From positions 1 to 64,000 of the forward strand of contig JAAILG010000988.1 in assembly GCA_012026655.1 (NCBI GenBank): a DNA stretch of 64,000 bases, read 5' to 3'. The notes below the pieces were generated by a model. It was not told the DNA's origin. It searched no databases and saw only the letters and a list, made by a program, of their open reading frames with translations. Origin of the DNA: Hydrolagus affinis. Its lineage: Eukaryota. This document shows, piece after piece, positions 26,110 to 38,915 of this stretch; position 1 is the stretch's first letter; every line of letters begins with the position of its first letter. Made by a program: the position numbers and the translations under genes.

Positions 26110-26485
26110 CTGAGTTAAGATCAAAATCTAGGCTGGCAGTTCTGGAGGTGTGCTGCATTGTTGTAGGTCTTGTCCTGTAGATGAGATGTTAAACCAAGTT
26201 CTCAGCTGCCGGTTTAGGGTGGATAAATAATATGTGGCAGTATTTCAAAGAAGATTAGGGGAGTTTTTCTGATGTACTGTCTCATGTTCCTCTCATCCAA
26301 ACACACCAAAAGAAAAACTGATCAATTTGATTCTTGTCTCATTGCTGTTTGGGGATGTTGGATCAAGTTAACTGGTATATTTGCCACTGTAGGAACAGTC
26401 ACTTCACCTTCAGAGGAAATCCTTGCGTGAATAATCATTTTGGGACATTTCACCTTTTTGAGACACCATGTTAAATGCAAATAGT
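26110..26485 (+). mobile_element. degenerate Deu-SINE
   Basis: gtgtgctgcattgttg...agatgagatgttaaaccaag...tttgggacat shared with the other copies. Confidence 0.6.
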
Positions 26486-27832
26486 TTCTGCTGTTAATAT
26501 AATAATATTCCTTTCATTTGATATAAATCCTTATCACATCAATCAGGCATCTCAAAGAGCTTCACAGGGTTGCACTGTCAAGTATAGTCACTGGGTATTT
26601 GTAGGCACATAGTCTTTTCTTAAGCAGGAATCAAATGCAGCTTTGAATTAAAATGTTTTCACAGTTAATCATTACCACTTTAAATTTCTAGCTGACTGGA
26701 ACTCTTAAGTACAATAATTTGCTCCTGGGTGGGTGGGTGGGTGGGTGGGAGCTGCTGTGCGCTGTACTAATGTTGACTTGCTGTGCTGCTCTGAGAAGAA
26801 TTTCTTAACACACATCAATGTCTGTAAGCCGCCTCATTTCCCCAAATACATGAGATATACAACAATGGAACTGACATTAAAAGTGGAATCTGAGAAAGTA
26901 ACAGAAGTGCTCAGCTTCTGAAGCTGAACTGAAGCAATCAATGTGCACAGAGTTGATCATTTATAAAGGAATTAGTATATCTGTTAAGTAGAAAGTCTTC
27001 TTGCTGTATCCCTGGAGATGAAGAGCTGGGGGATCATTTTGAGTTGAGAGCAGGATTTTTCACTTTGTTTTAATGGTACAAACACACAGGGACTGCTGCT
27101 CTGGTGCAAAATTATCAAGCAAATCTGTGTATGTTTTACTGAGCACCAAGTCCAGCTTGTCTATCAATTGTAGAACATGCCTTGATGAGAAGCAGTCACT
27201 GTTTCTGAATAGGACTAATATTTAAAGGTAACTTTAGAAAGAAACAAGGACCCATGGACTCTTCAGGGCAAGATTAAAGGACTTAACATTGTAGAAACAT
27301 AATATTAGAGAATAGCACTAGCTTCTGAGTGTCTTATCATTTATGCCTTACTATTCGTCTTTTACCAAATGGAAGGAGTATCATGCATATTTGCTTCTAA
27401 ATGTATTGACTCTTCCTCTTACATAGTTACATAATATACTTTTATTGCATGTGCATAGGAATTCACTAGTTATGTTCCAAATAGTGTTTCATTTAAGAGC
27501 CTGGAAGGCAATGAGCAATTAATTTTGGCTTGCAGGCAACAAATTCTTCAGATCATGGTTGACAGAAAGGGGCACAATTGCAATGGTTTTCTGTTTTAAT
27601 TTTTTTTTCAGGTTTGCAAGCCGAATGTCTAAAAAAAGATTATTCGTAGAATTTCTGTGATCTCCTTTCAGCTGTGGATTTTACTTTGTAATATAACAAT
27701 TGTTAGTTTTCAGGTCAGAAATCCCAGGCTATACAGAGCAGCTTTCAATCTATCTGCACCAGAAATTTTAACAAGCGGCATTATGTTACTGGGACATTAT
27801 TGCACAGCAATCACTAAATGTTTCTTTCACCA

Positions 27833-28155
27833 AATAATAATAATAATCATTGAATTTGATACAGCGCTTTTCATGTCTTTAAGACGTCTTAAAGTGCTTC
27901 ACAGAACTGTAAAGTGAATTGGCTGTATATTTGTAAGCGAGACACGGTAGCCAATTGCTGTGTCCGACAAACAATCATGGATTGAAATCACTAATTTTAT
28001 TATTTTTTTGAGAGATTATATCAAAATATAAGTTTCTACAGGTCTCAATCACAAAATATACAGTAAATTCACTTTACAGTACATTCTGTGAGGTGCTTGG
28101 AGACATCTCGACAGCGTGATAAGGCGCTATATCAAATGGAAGGCTTTTTATTATC
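27833..28155. mobile_element. antisense SINE (27833-28020) followed by a sense SINE tail (28047-28155)
   Basis: both match the common SINE tail, in opposite orientations. Confidence 0.8.
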
Positions 28156-31100
28156 ACATTTCAAAGGAACTCACAGTGTAAATGCTTTGAGACACTTGAT
28201 GTGTCGATGTGCTATATAAAGTGCAAGTATATTTTATTATTATAGTTATGGTTAGGCAATGGTTATGTTCTGGCCAGTATGAATATTCCATTGTATACAA
28301 GTACTGTAATTTTGGTCAGTTTGCACAAAAGTATATAAACTCTTTAATGGTTGAACTTAACCTGGCTCCTTCGTGTCTTGGAGAATTCTGATGGTGCAGA
28401 TTAAAAGACCTCTGAGTATAGTAAAAGTAACAACCATTGCTGTAATTCTTGGTGAAGATTTTAGCTCAGGAGCATTTGATAGGACATAAGGCTTCTCTTC
28501 CCCCTGCTAAAGGGGTTGCTATTTTTACGTGAGTCTTACGGTGGAAAGTGAGGCCAGCTACTCCTATCTCAGTCTCCCAGCTCTAGTGATCTGCAGATTG
28601 CTGCACTGGTTTGAATTATGAAAATTTCAGCTTGAAAATTTAGCAAAGATTTATCATAAAGGTTTGAATGTTACATGTGTCCTTTAAGTATCAGAATTCT
28701 GCACACATCAGAAAGTACATCTATCCTTATTCTTTTCACAAGAGGTATTTAGTAACTATAGATTGTTTAGTTGCATGCTGCTAAACTCATCCTAAAGGCC
28801 TATTTGAGATACATAAAAAACAATTTTCATTAGTTCATATTAAAGGTACCAGCAAGGAATAGTAGATTACCTAAAGCTAAGGGTACGCTTTGTACACTTT
28901 GCATGTCCTTCGACAGCAATTTAAAAGCAGTCCCTTTAATATCCACACAGACAAAGGTAATTACTCAGGATTCTGTGTATTAGTAAAAGGTTTCAGATTT
29001 AATGTCTTCAGATGAAGATAGAGCCCAGTAAAGTACACTAATACTGAGTAATAACCCCCATTACTAACTGTGGCTTTTGATGTTCATCCTTTATTTGCGT
29101 CGACATGATACATTGCACTATGAAACCGTTCATTTAGAATAAATGGATCTGGATGTTTCTACATGTTTGTCAGTAAATGTCATCATCTGCCAGTGCTTTG
29201 TTGGTAAAGCAGTGGTGCTTTAACTCCTTGCCTGCTCTTAATGAGCTTTCTCCTATTTGTATTAATGAAAATAAGATTTATATCTTTGATTGTAACTTTT
29301 AATATAAGTGGAGGCCATCATATCAATACGAGCGGTTTAAGTGCTGTTGTGGTTGCGAGCCAAGCCTTTTCCCTCTGTGCCTTACCCCAGCCGTACACCA
29401 TCTTGTGCATGTAATCTAAAGCTCCTGTCAGGAACCATCCAAACATTAGAGCAGCTCCATTGTCTCAATTTACTCATTATTAGTCTCCAGTTGCAGAAAC
29501 TAATCTAAAAGGTGGGGGATGAATGTTTCTTCAAAGTCCTGCAATTAATCTGCTTGTTTGATGAGGGGCAATAATGCCTCAAAACAACAACAACTTGTAT
29601 TTATATATTTATGTATCGTCTCTCATGCAGGGGAGCGTCCCAGAGCGCTTGAAAAATCAAAGAGAACTTGCTCAGTCTGCCCTCCCGACCTGAGAGACTC
29701 TATACAAATATAATTTTGTATTGTATCAGTGGAAGTTTTGCAATTTTTTCTGAATGTTACCACTTATAAATGTTGGCCGATAAAGTTACCCTAAGACTTT
29801 CTTTGTCTTTACCACTTAAATCAAGTTTCAGCCGTTTTAATTACTTAACAATATTGCATGTTTTTTCTCTCTCTCTCTTTCTGTTTGTCATTCACTTTTT
29901 GTCTCTTACCATTCATCTTATTTTCTCACCAGTCAGAAATTCATTAAGATAGGTACACATTTGTATCATGTTGCATATTTCAGGGATTAGCCCTTATCCT
30001 GTTAATCGTGGATTTCTGCTAAGTATTAAAATCCATTTCCAGCATCCTGAAGGTTATGTTAACAGATAGCTCGAGGTGTATTTATCTTTTTTTCCCTCCC
30101 CATGATCCAAAATCTGTCATTTCAGGAATGTAAGCAATTCCCTTGAATAGCTACAAATTGAAAAACGTAGTCGTTCACTCTTTAACCTTGTGTGTTCAGA
30201 TCACCAATGTTGAGATAAACTCACAAGATACATTTTCTAAAGGTACCATTAGTTTATCGATTTTCCTGACTCGTTTTGTGATAGCAATTTTGTTCTGATA
30301 TTCATAATGCTGCTGGGATTTATGTGGGAATTATAATTAAGTGAATTTCATCTGTTTCGCATGCATTCCATGTGCCTGGTGTCACACAATTCATATTTTC
30401 AGAAAACTGAGATACTTGCTTAACCCAAATGAAGTTCCTTTGGGGGGAAAGACTACCTATTATGTTTAGTTAATAGATAGCCTAAAGGTACATTTTGCAG
30501 TAAACTACTCTGATCTCCTACTGTAACCAGCAAAGGTAGCTTACTCAGAACCTATATTCTAGGGTACACATATGGCTTCTAAAAAGGTTTCTTATGGAAT
30601 GGTAGAAAAATTGAAAATACAGCATTTGTTCATAGCTAATCATGGGGCAACCATTTTATAATGAAACTCTATTGAAATTGTTAACTTCCCAATCCATGTA
30701 ATCCATTTGTGTATTAGTATTACTGTTTCTATAATTTTAGCACATTGATTTGTAATGGAAATTACAAACTGAACTTTTATTATTTAGCCTATTCACAGCC
30801 ATGGAATGCTTGATCAGTGCAAAGATAATTCCTGTACTATGAAGAGCTTCAACTCCGAAATGAATCTGTTAATTACACCTTTCAAAAAGCGCTCGTTCTT
30901 GTTTCAGCTGCAGGAAACTGAGGGTTGTAATCTGTTTAGCGTAGCGCATGGTGGGGAGCAAGCAAAACTTGCCTTGCTAGTCAGCCTCGCAGTGTCAATG
31001 TGTACGTTTCACAATCTGGTTCAGGATCATAACATGTTGCCATCTCTGGCTCTGTCAATGGTATTGAATGATTAGTCCTGCATCTCATGATAGACAGAGG

Positions 31101-34059
31101 TTATTGTGAGAACAACTTTACTTTCCGCTGTGCACTCCGTGTGGTTCTGAATAATGTGTCTTATTAATCAAGTGAACATCCTCAAATGTTTTCTGTGTTA
31201 GAAATACAGGTAAGGTAGTGGGCAGGGTGAGAGAAATAACGTGTCACATAGAAACCAACATACTGTTAGATAAGATATGATACATACTTCAGGTTTGAAG
31301 CATAGATAAGCCATGTAAATTACAACGCAAAAGTGGCTGAAATGGTTTTTGGTTGATTTAAAACGAACTTAATACAATATGCAGAGTATGCCATGGTTGC
31401 GTTGTGTTTATTATTTTCAGGAAAATTGAGGGAGCATTCATTCGTCTATTCCTTGTCGATCTCTGGAGAAACTGGTATGGTATTGGAGACATTATTTTAC
31501 ACAGAGAGCTGTTAGGGTGTGGAATGTCCTGTGGTTGAGGCAGTATCCATATTAGCTTCAAGAGGAAACTAGATAGTTATCTAAAGAGGAATAACTTGCC
31601 GGTAACTTGGGCGAAAAAGGCAGATAAATGAAACTGAATGGTGAGACTTTCAAAGAGGTCAAGAGTTAAAAATATAATTCAAGTGGCACAGAAAGCACTT
31701 TAATAGGGGAAATGTTTTGATCTGATATCCCCTTGAAAGATGATAGACCAGCAGGTTATTCCACAAATGAATGTCCTAACTGTTGGATATCAACAATTGT
31801 TCAGAATAAAATCTACAAAAAACTCTTAAATAATAAACTTTAACAGAGTTTTTCTGATGGACTAGATTAATGCCATTCTATTTGTTTCCTTCAGATTTCC
31901 AAAACCTACTTAATTTAATAATAAATTGCTGTGCTCCTAATTTTTATGCTACATTATAGTTGTCACGCTTTTTGAATTGATTAGTGTTGTAGTAAGAACC
32001 GTACTAATGGGAAAAAGTAACTAGGCAGCGTTGAAAGGGAATACAAATGACTTGCACAAACTCATACAAAACAAATCTTTTTACTCCTAATTAGTGGCCA
32101 ATGGTCCAGACACAGGGTCGGTGGTACCAGCACAAACAGTGCAATTAATCTGCCCGGAAGCTTTGTGTTGAGCCTGAGTTTCGTTCATAAAATGGATTCA
32201 GATAACTATCAAAATAATTGGCAGACCTGCTGCTCCTGATTGTCAGATCTCTACGCCTGCCTGCCTGCCTACCACCAATAAACCTCTCCGCACACTCCAC
32301 CTGCCTCATAGCCCCAACAAACACTCTGCATGCTCCCATTGAACCTCGTAGCTTTTTCTTCTAAGTGCTTTTTCATAGCTCTTCTGCACTCCTTGATGGC
32401 CAGGTGAAGAGCTTGGAAGGGCCAAGCTAGACTGCTGAAAGCTCTACACCTGGCTATCAAGGAGCTCCCATCTGCTTTCTAAGTTATGTGCATGGATCTA
32501 CATCTCACACTGTGACTGTTCTGCTAAAACCCCCGTCTAAACACCAAACTCTGTACATGTTTTGCTAGCCCTGCTCGGCCCTTCATTATTTCAAGCCATG
32601 GACCCTTTCAAAGCTAACCCCTGCAACCCAGTGCCCAACCCAAAGCCTATTTACAGCACCGACACGCTGGGCTGATTTGTGCTCCGCTATGTTACACATT
32701 CAGGTCCTTTGGGAATATCCATTCAGATGAACTGACATATATGCCCCGTCCAAATAAAAAGTGGAACTGTAATTTCTGTTTTTAAGTGATTTATTCTGAA
32801 GTAGGTTATGGTGAATATTAATGTGTGAGAGTTTTTTTTTAGAGGGTTTATTACACAGTAGAAAGCCACATCAGCCGCCTTGGTACCTGCCCTGCTTACA
32901 TTTTAGTTATGCAAGTGTTTGATACAATTATGAATAGAATTATTGCTGCAGCATGGAAACCGGCCACTTGGCCAATCTAGTCTGTGCTGGTGTTCATACT
33001 CCACATTCTCACCAGAACCTCTCACCTATACTCCCTTCAGATCTGTCATTAGCTATTCTTTATTTATGGCCCTTCATTTTGAATGCAGCAGAAAGTGAAA
33101 AGAGTCCATCAACGTCCACCTTATCAAATCGTTTCATGATCTGAAACTGAAGCAGAAAGCTTGCACCTATTTGCCTTGCTCTCATGTCAGATGACAACCA
33201 TCACTGTGTGCGTGGAGAGCGAAGTGTGGCTGCATTGATTTTCCTTTGGATGCTGATTAACCAATGGTGGGTATCTGTGCATTGCATGGTACTCTGATCC
33301 CAGGAGTTCTGTGAAGAGGGAGCACAACTTCAAAGGGCGTCAGAGCATTGAAACCTTCCAAGCTCGTCACGGGTTCAGATTGACGATAATGCTGATAAGA
33401 CCATTTGGTTGTGGTGGTATGGTCATTATGGACTCCAAGGTGCTCGTTAGCACTCTTCTCCTGGGCCAATAATGAGCACCTCAGGGCCAGTAGTGTCAAC
33501 AAGCGCCCTCATTATGATGCTCCTGATAGGTTTACATGCAAAGATATAGAGCAACATCCTTTTAATGTCTCCAAACTTTCACACTTCTCAGCTTTAAACC
33601 TTCCTCCCTTGCTCATTAAATTATAGTAAACAGTAGTAAATAAGGAAACATTTCACCAGCCGGAGTCCAAGGCATTGTTAGCTTTTTGGAACACAGCAGC
33701 TTCCAGAAGACCTTCCTTTTAGTGAGGTTTGAACAGGCAGACCAGTGCTAAGGATGAGCTGTTAATCCAACAACAACAACAACAACAACTTTGATTTATA
33801 TAGCGCCCTCCATGCCGGACAGTGTCTCAGAGCACTTAAATCCAAGGCCTGTCAGCTACTTCTGTGGGATCAGCTGCATGTAAAAGATCCAATGGAACTG
33901 CATTGGCTAATATTCCACTTTTCAATCTACCAAACATTAGATTGATTGGTTATTCCTCTCATTGATATGTGTTGGACATTGTTGCTGATACAGATTAACA
34001 ACTGCTTTTGCTTCATTATCAAAGTCAAAATGACTCATTTGTGAAGCATATTGAGACAT

Positions 34060-34330
34060 TTCAACCTGTTTGATACCAGCGTTCTCAACTCCCCCTGTGG
34101 CCTTGCTCCAGCCTATCTCCAAACTTCACTAGCTCGAAATTTTAGGGCCATGCTCTCTTCTCATTTGATTCTCAGTTCCTTGCTCATTCTCTACTCCATT
34201 CACTCCGCTATTGGAGGCCAAGCCTTCAATATCTAAGCTTCTGCCCTCTGGATTAGTTTTCTTAATCTCTTCTGGGCTACTTGTCTCACATTCTCACAAT
34301 CATTTCTGCAAAGAAATGTCTTTGCTTTTA
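34060..34330 (+). mobile_element. degenerate L2 LINE 3' region
   Basis: ggccttgctccagcctatctc...ccgctattggaggccaagccttc...ccctctgga resembles the end of L2 ORF2 (LAPAYL, IGGQAF). Confidence 0.6.
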
Positions 34331-34632
34331 GTTGTCTTCAGTGTAACGTTAAGATTGTTCTCTAGTTTCAGATTCCTCTACTGATGGGAAGAGTAGTTTC
34401 CTATCTACCTTCACAATTCCTTTGTGGGTTAAGGTGAGATGGATTCTGGTATCCAACTCAGTGAACTGCCAACACCAACTATGGAGTGAATTGTTTGGAA
34501 TCATAGATAATGCCTCATTGGTATAGAGTAGCATTGCGACACCACTGAGGTAGTAATGCACAGGCCTGGCTGTACACCAGCACTGAGCCAGAAGGCTCTC
34601 ACTTACTGGTGGCTGAATGTTTCACTGGTTCC

Positions 34633-34962
34633 AATAATAATAATAATACTGTAGTATTAATCCTTGAATTTGATATAACGCTTTTCACGTCTTCTAGACA
34701 TCTCAAAGTGCTTCACAGAATCACAGAATGTAAAAGTGAATTGACTGTATATTTTGTGGGCAAAATGCAGCAACCAATTGCGCGCAGCAGTGTCCGACAG
34801 ACAGTCGTGGATTGAAATAACTAACCTATTATTTTTTTTTAAGGGACTATTATCAGGCGTGTGGTGAAAGGAAACTAGCCCAAGGTTTTGCCCTGCCTGG
34901 AATTGAACCCAGGTTTCTTCACTTGTAAGGCAAGTGCTCTAACCATTGAGCTACAGGACTCC
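34633..34962 (-). mobile_element. full-length tRNA-derived SINE (younger family)
   Basis: minus strand GGAGTCCTGTAGCTCAATGGTTAGAGC (A box)...GGGTTCAATTCC (B box), Deu core, (ATT)n tail; closely similar to 56058-56370. Confidence 0.9.
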
Positions 34963-35699
34963 ACAATGATTGGAGGGAATGGAGGGCTGGAAGGTGGGGG
35001 GGGAGGTGTACGGGGACAGTGGGGGTTTGGAAATGCATTAATCGGGACTGAATTCTCAAATGAGTCAGAAATATAGAATCCTGGTGGTGTCCAGAACCGA
35101 TCACTCCCTCCGACACAGTGGAAAGGGTGTGTCTGCTTGTCTGCTTTAACACGACAGTAAATAGATCGAGTCAGTATGGCGTTTCTGTAGTCATTGTGAT
35201 GCCCATCTGATTACAGGAAGGATTCAATATTTCCGAGTCCTGTTCGAATTCATGTGAGACCACAATGTGCTTGAGTCTGGTGCTTTTGTTCTTTTCTGTC
35301 AAATTATAAAAATATGATTCAAGAGTACGGTGTAGTGTGCAGTACAATAGAGAGAGAGATTGTGATCTTAGCTGGTAATTGCAAACAAACTGTCTAACTT
35401 ATCTTCTGATCAGTGGGACACTACCCTGACACTGAGTATAACTGCTTTTTATTGCTGCAGTCATCTTTTCATTGAGTAACCCCTTTTACTGGTACAGGCT
35501 GCTGCTCCAAACCATAAAAATATTTACTAGACATAATTCAGTGAAACCTCCTGCCTCTGCAGCTTTCTTCCCAAGTGTGTTGACTGAGGATAAGAAAATA
35601 AATGGACCAACATAATGATGATAGCTCATGCATTGCGTAATGGAATATGTAGTCGACACGGAGCATGGAAGAGAAATGTAGCTTATGCCCTGGTGTTGG

Positions 35700-36260
35700 A
35701 CGAAATTGATCTGCAGTGATGCATTGAACTTTGTATCCTGTTGGTCGGTGCTATGAGACCAAGGGGATGTTGTGAGGACACCCAGTTAAAAAGGAGGGGG
35801 CATTTCAGTCCGAAAGGGAGAAGCAGATTTGGAAAGTAAATGAGGGACAGGCAAGGAGCATGGAATCTCAAGTACTGAATGGGAAAGAAAGACATTGACG
35901 GCGAGTGAACTACCAGAGGATATCATTATACAGGAGTAAAATGATTATTTTCTGTGCTGAGTTGAATATTAACCCACGACATTAAAAAGTTTGAAACATA
36001 GCATTGCATCAGTCAGATGTTCACTTTATTGAGCTTATTCAATAGGCAGAGCATATGGGTTACAGGAATTCACTTTGTATATTCAAAGAGGGTGTGAAGG
36101 ATATTGAGGATTGGGTAATGAGAGAATGAAAGGAGGAACTCGAGGCAAAGCAGGGGATCAGAGAACTCATCAGCAACTCGTCACAGTAAGGGGCGACGAA
36201 AGGGCAACTGAGGTGAATGAGCGGACACGGGGGTATTCTGGGGATCAAAGTGCAGTGACT
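35700..36260 (-). mobile_element. degenerate L1-clade RT core fragment
   Basis: ordered minus-strand motifs APYCDELL (YADD), YKVNSCNPYALPI (YKVN..KS..LP), FPIQYL (KYLG) and HPLGLI (LPLSLIGR). Confidence 0.5.
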
Positions 36261-36982
36261 TCACTTAGATAAAACAAAATTAACCCAAGGCCTTCAAGTC
36301 ATCCTTCCTTCCACCCATTAGTGAGCGATTTGCTGCCAATGAATCCTTTCTTCAGGCCCCAGAGATGAGAAGACTGTTTGGTAACACAAAGTGCAGCTGT
36401 GTGGTGTTCTAGTTTTGATATACAGTCTGCAAGGTTCAGCAATAATGGTCTTATTAAAGCCCGATTTTCCCATGGTGTACACATGAAGGAAACAGCACAC
36501 CCAATCCATTCTGAGTCTGGGGACTAGTATGAGTAAACATGGAGCCCATCAAAAGAGATTAATTTCGTCACATCATGTGACATTGAGCAATTGGTATCTA
36601 TTCTGAAATCTGAAAAAGTAACTTCAAGTTTTACCAATTTGAGTTATTTTTTTCTATTCCTTGTACATCGAGATGGATCCCATTTATTTTACTTGGGATT
36701 TTTGTTTTGCCAAATGTGGTCCCGTTCCTATTATTTCCATCATTGCTAATATAGGTTAAGCTTTTCTGCTTGACACAAGCAAGTGATTGTGGAAAGGATT
36801 GAACTGAGTGAAACGCATTCGGGAGGGAGAGAAAATTGCTTTTTTTGCTGACAATTTCATGCCTCTCTTTATTTAAATGAGACTGATTTTAAGAAATCTG
36901 ATTTTATGAAACTGAAAATGGGTATGAACAAACAAATTTAAAATTATTTTGGAGCTGAGCCAGTGTTATGATTTTATGACGT

Positions 36983-37327
36983 GGAGTTCTGTTGTGTATT
37001 GTTTAGAGCACTTACCGTGCAAACGAGAGGACCGTGGTTCTATTTCCTGGGTAGGGCGAATCCTTAGACCAGTTTCCTTACTCCACACACTTCTGTTTAT
37101 CTACCAGGAAGTAGGAACCTGTTTTTTAGTTGATTGTCAGATTGCTTTTCAGGGTTAATCATCCCGTCAAAAGCAAAATATGGTCACTCAATCGATGAGT
37201 ATTGTGGGAGACTGCTGTGCACAATTGGCTGCCATGTTTTGCCCACAAAATATAGTCAATTTACTTCACAGTATATTCTGTGAAACACTGTGTTAAGGTG
37301 CAATATCAAATGCAAGATTATTATTAT
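36983..37327 (+). mobile_element. full-length SINE, older variant with an extra central segment
   Basis: degenerate tRNA head, gtttccttactccacac, Deu core ctgctgtgcacaattggctgcc, (ATT)n tail. Confidence 0.8.
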
Positions 37328-37611
37328 GATAAAATTTAAGTTTGGAAATGCAGAAGTCTAAAGCTTAACAAAGTACAGTATTGAAATAATAAATAAACGC
37401 AAATGGAAGTTTGCCATAAAGGACAATGAATAGCTGTCTCTACTTTGCCCTCTTGGTATGTTTGGCCACCATTCATTTGGAATGAAAGAAAGATTATGTA
37501 TAAGTGCGCAGAACAGTGAGTTATCCTCATTACTGAACCTCACGAGAACAAAATACTAAACATCACGCAGTGCCCCCCCCTTTTTATATATACACTCGTT
37601 CTTTCATGCGT

Positions 37612-37657
37612 ACACGCACATACACACACTCACATGCACACACACACACAAACACAC
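37612..37657. repeat. imperfect (CA)n microsatellite
   Basis: direct reading. Confidence 0.85.
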
Positions 37658-38703
37658 AATGCAGCCAATTCAGTATTGCTTCAATTAACAGAAAATGCTA
37701 AACCAGCTTCCTTTCTGTTGATCTGGCTGGGAAGGTTGTCAGCAATAAACTTCCCTGGAGGAAATTTAAAGATCAGTCCATTTTAACTGTAACCTCCAGA
37801 GCTGGAGGCAGACAGACAATGAGGGCGACAGATTGAGAATTAATTGGTGCAATTAACATTTGGTGATTATTAGTATGGAGGATCCATACTTAAGGCAAAT
37901 GACAGTATTGATGTTTGGACAGATACTTTGTGAAAAGAACAAAAGTTCAGAATTAGAGGTGTGCTTGTAAAGAGCATGGCCATGTTCACTGTTTATAAGA
38001 TGTATTGAGGCTCCAATGATGTGCCTCAGCTATCAGTTTTGTTTGTCTTAACTTGTATTACACATGTCACTTACATTGGCTGTAATAGCAGATGGTTGGC
38101 ATAAGGCCTCAGGATGTCACTCTTGCCTACAGCGAGACATGTGAAATCAGACTTTCTTATAGTGAAACCTTTCTAAACCTTTGAGTGCTTTGGGATGCCC
38201 CCCAGAGGTGAAAGGTACTGTATATGAGTAAATTGTACTGTAGATTGTATTGTAAAGTTTCAGTCCAGCAAGTACTGCTAATGTAAGCAAAGCTGAGAGA
38301 GAACCCTTTATTACTAATCTCGCTTTTTCTCGCTGTGTTTATATTTTTACATGTCACTAAATGTAGTAACTAAGGGGACTTTCTATCAGGAATAAAACTA
38401 CTTGCTCCTGAATTGTGTCAAAATGATGGGTGTGAATTATCCTGAATTCTCTCTCTTAGGTTCTCCCTTCAAAACTCTCGAGTGGTGGTTGGAGCATAGT
38501 TAACATTAGTCGTATCATTTAAAAACAAACTCCTAAGCCAAGTTGCTCTTTTTAGTTGAAAGCTAAATGTGGAGTCAATGTAATATTGCTGGGAGAGAGG
38601 CCTATATATTGGTTAAAGAGGTCAAGGTCTGTGTACAATACCATGGAAAAGGCAGTTGTGTGTTTACCAACAGAATCATGTAAGAGGGAAACTGGATAAG
38701 CTG

Positions 38704-38915
38704 CAACAAAATACAGTCACTACACTTTGAAGTAATTCCTGCGAAGCGTCTTTGACGAGTCTCAATGACATGATAAGGTGCTATATTAAATGCAGGGATT
38801 ATTATTGGGAGGTAATAATGCCACGAGGATTTGATATAGCGCCTTTTCACGTCATTGTGACTACTCAAAGCACTTCCCAGAATATGCTGTAAACCGGATT
38901 GACTGTATTTTGTGG
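38704..38915. mobile_element. two SINE tails arranged tail-to-tail
   Basis: sense tail ends at 38806, antisense tail begins at 38813. Confidence 0.75.

Noticed and set aside
32269-32460. Helical peptide LHLAIKECRRAMKKHLEEK, possibly a LINE ORF2 linker
   Set aside because: No diagnostic motif; too weak to call.
34890-34962. tRNA-like sequence, also at 56300-56370
   Set aside because: It runs directly into a SINE body and tail, so it is a SINE head and not a tRNA gene.
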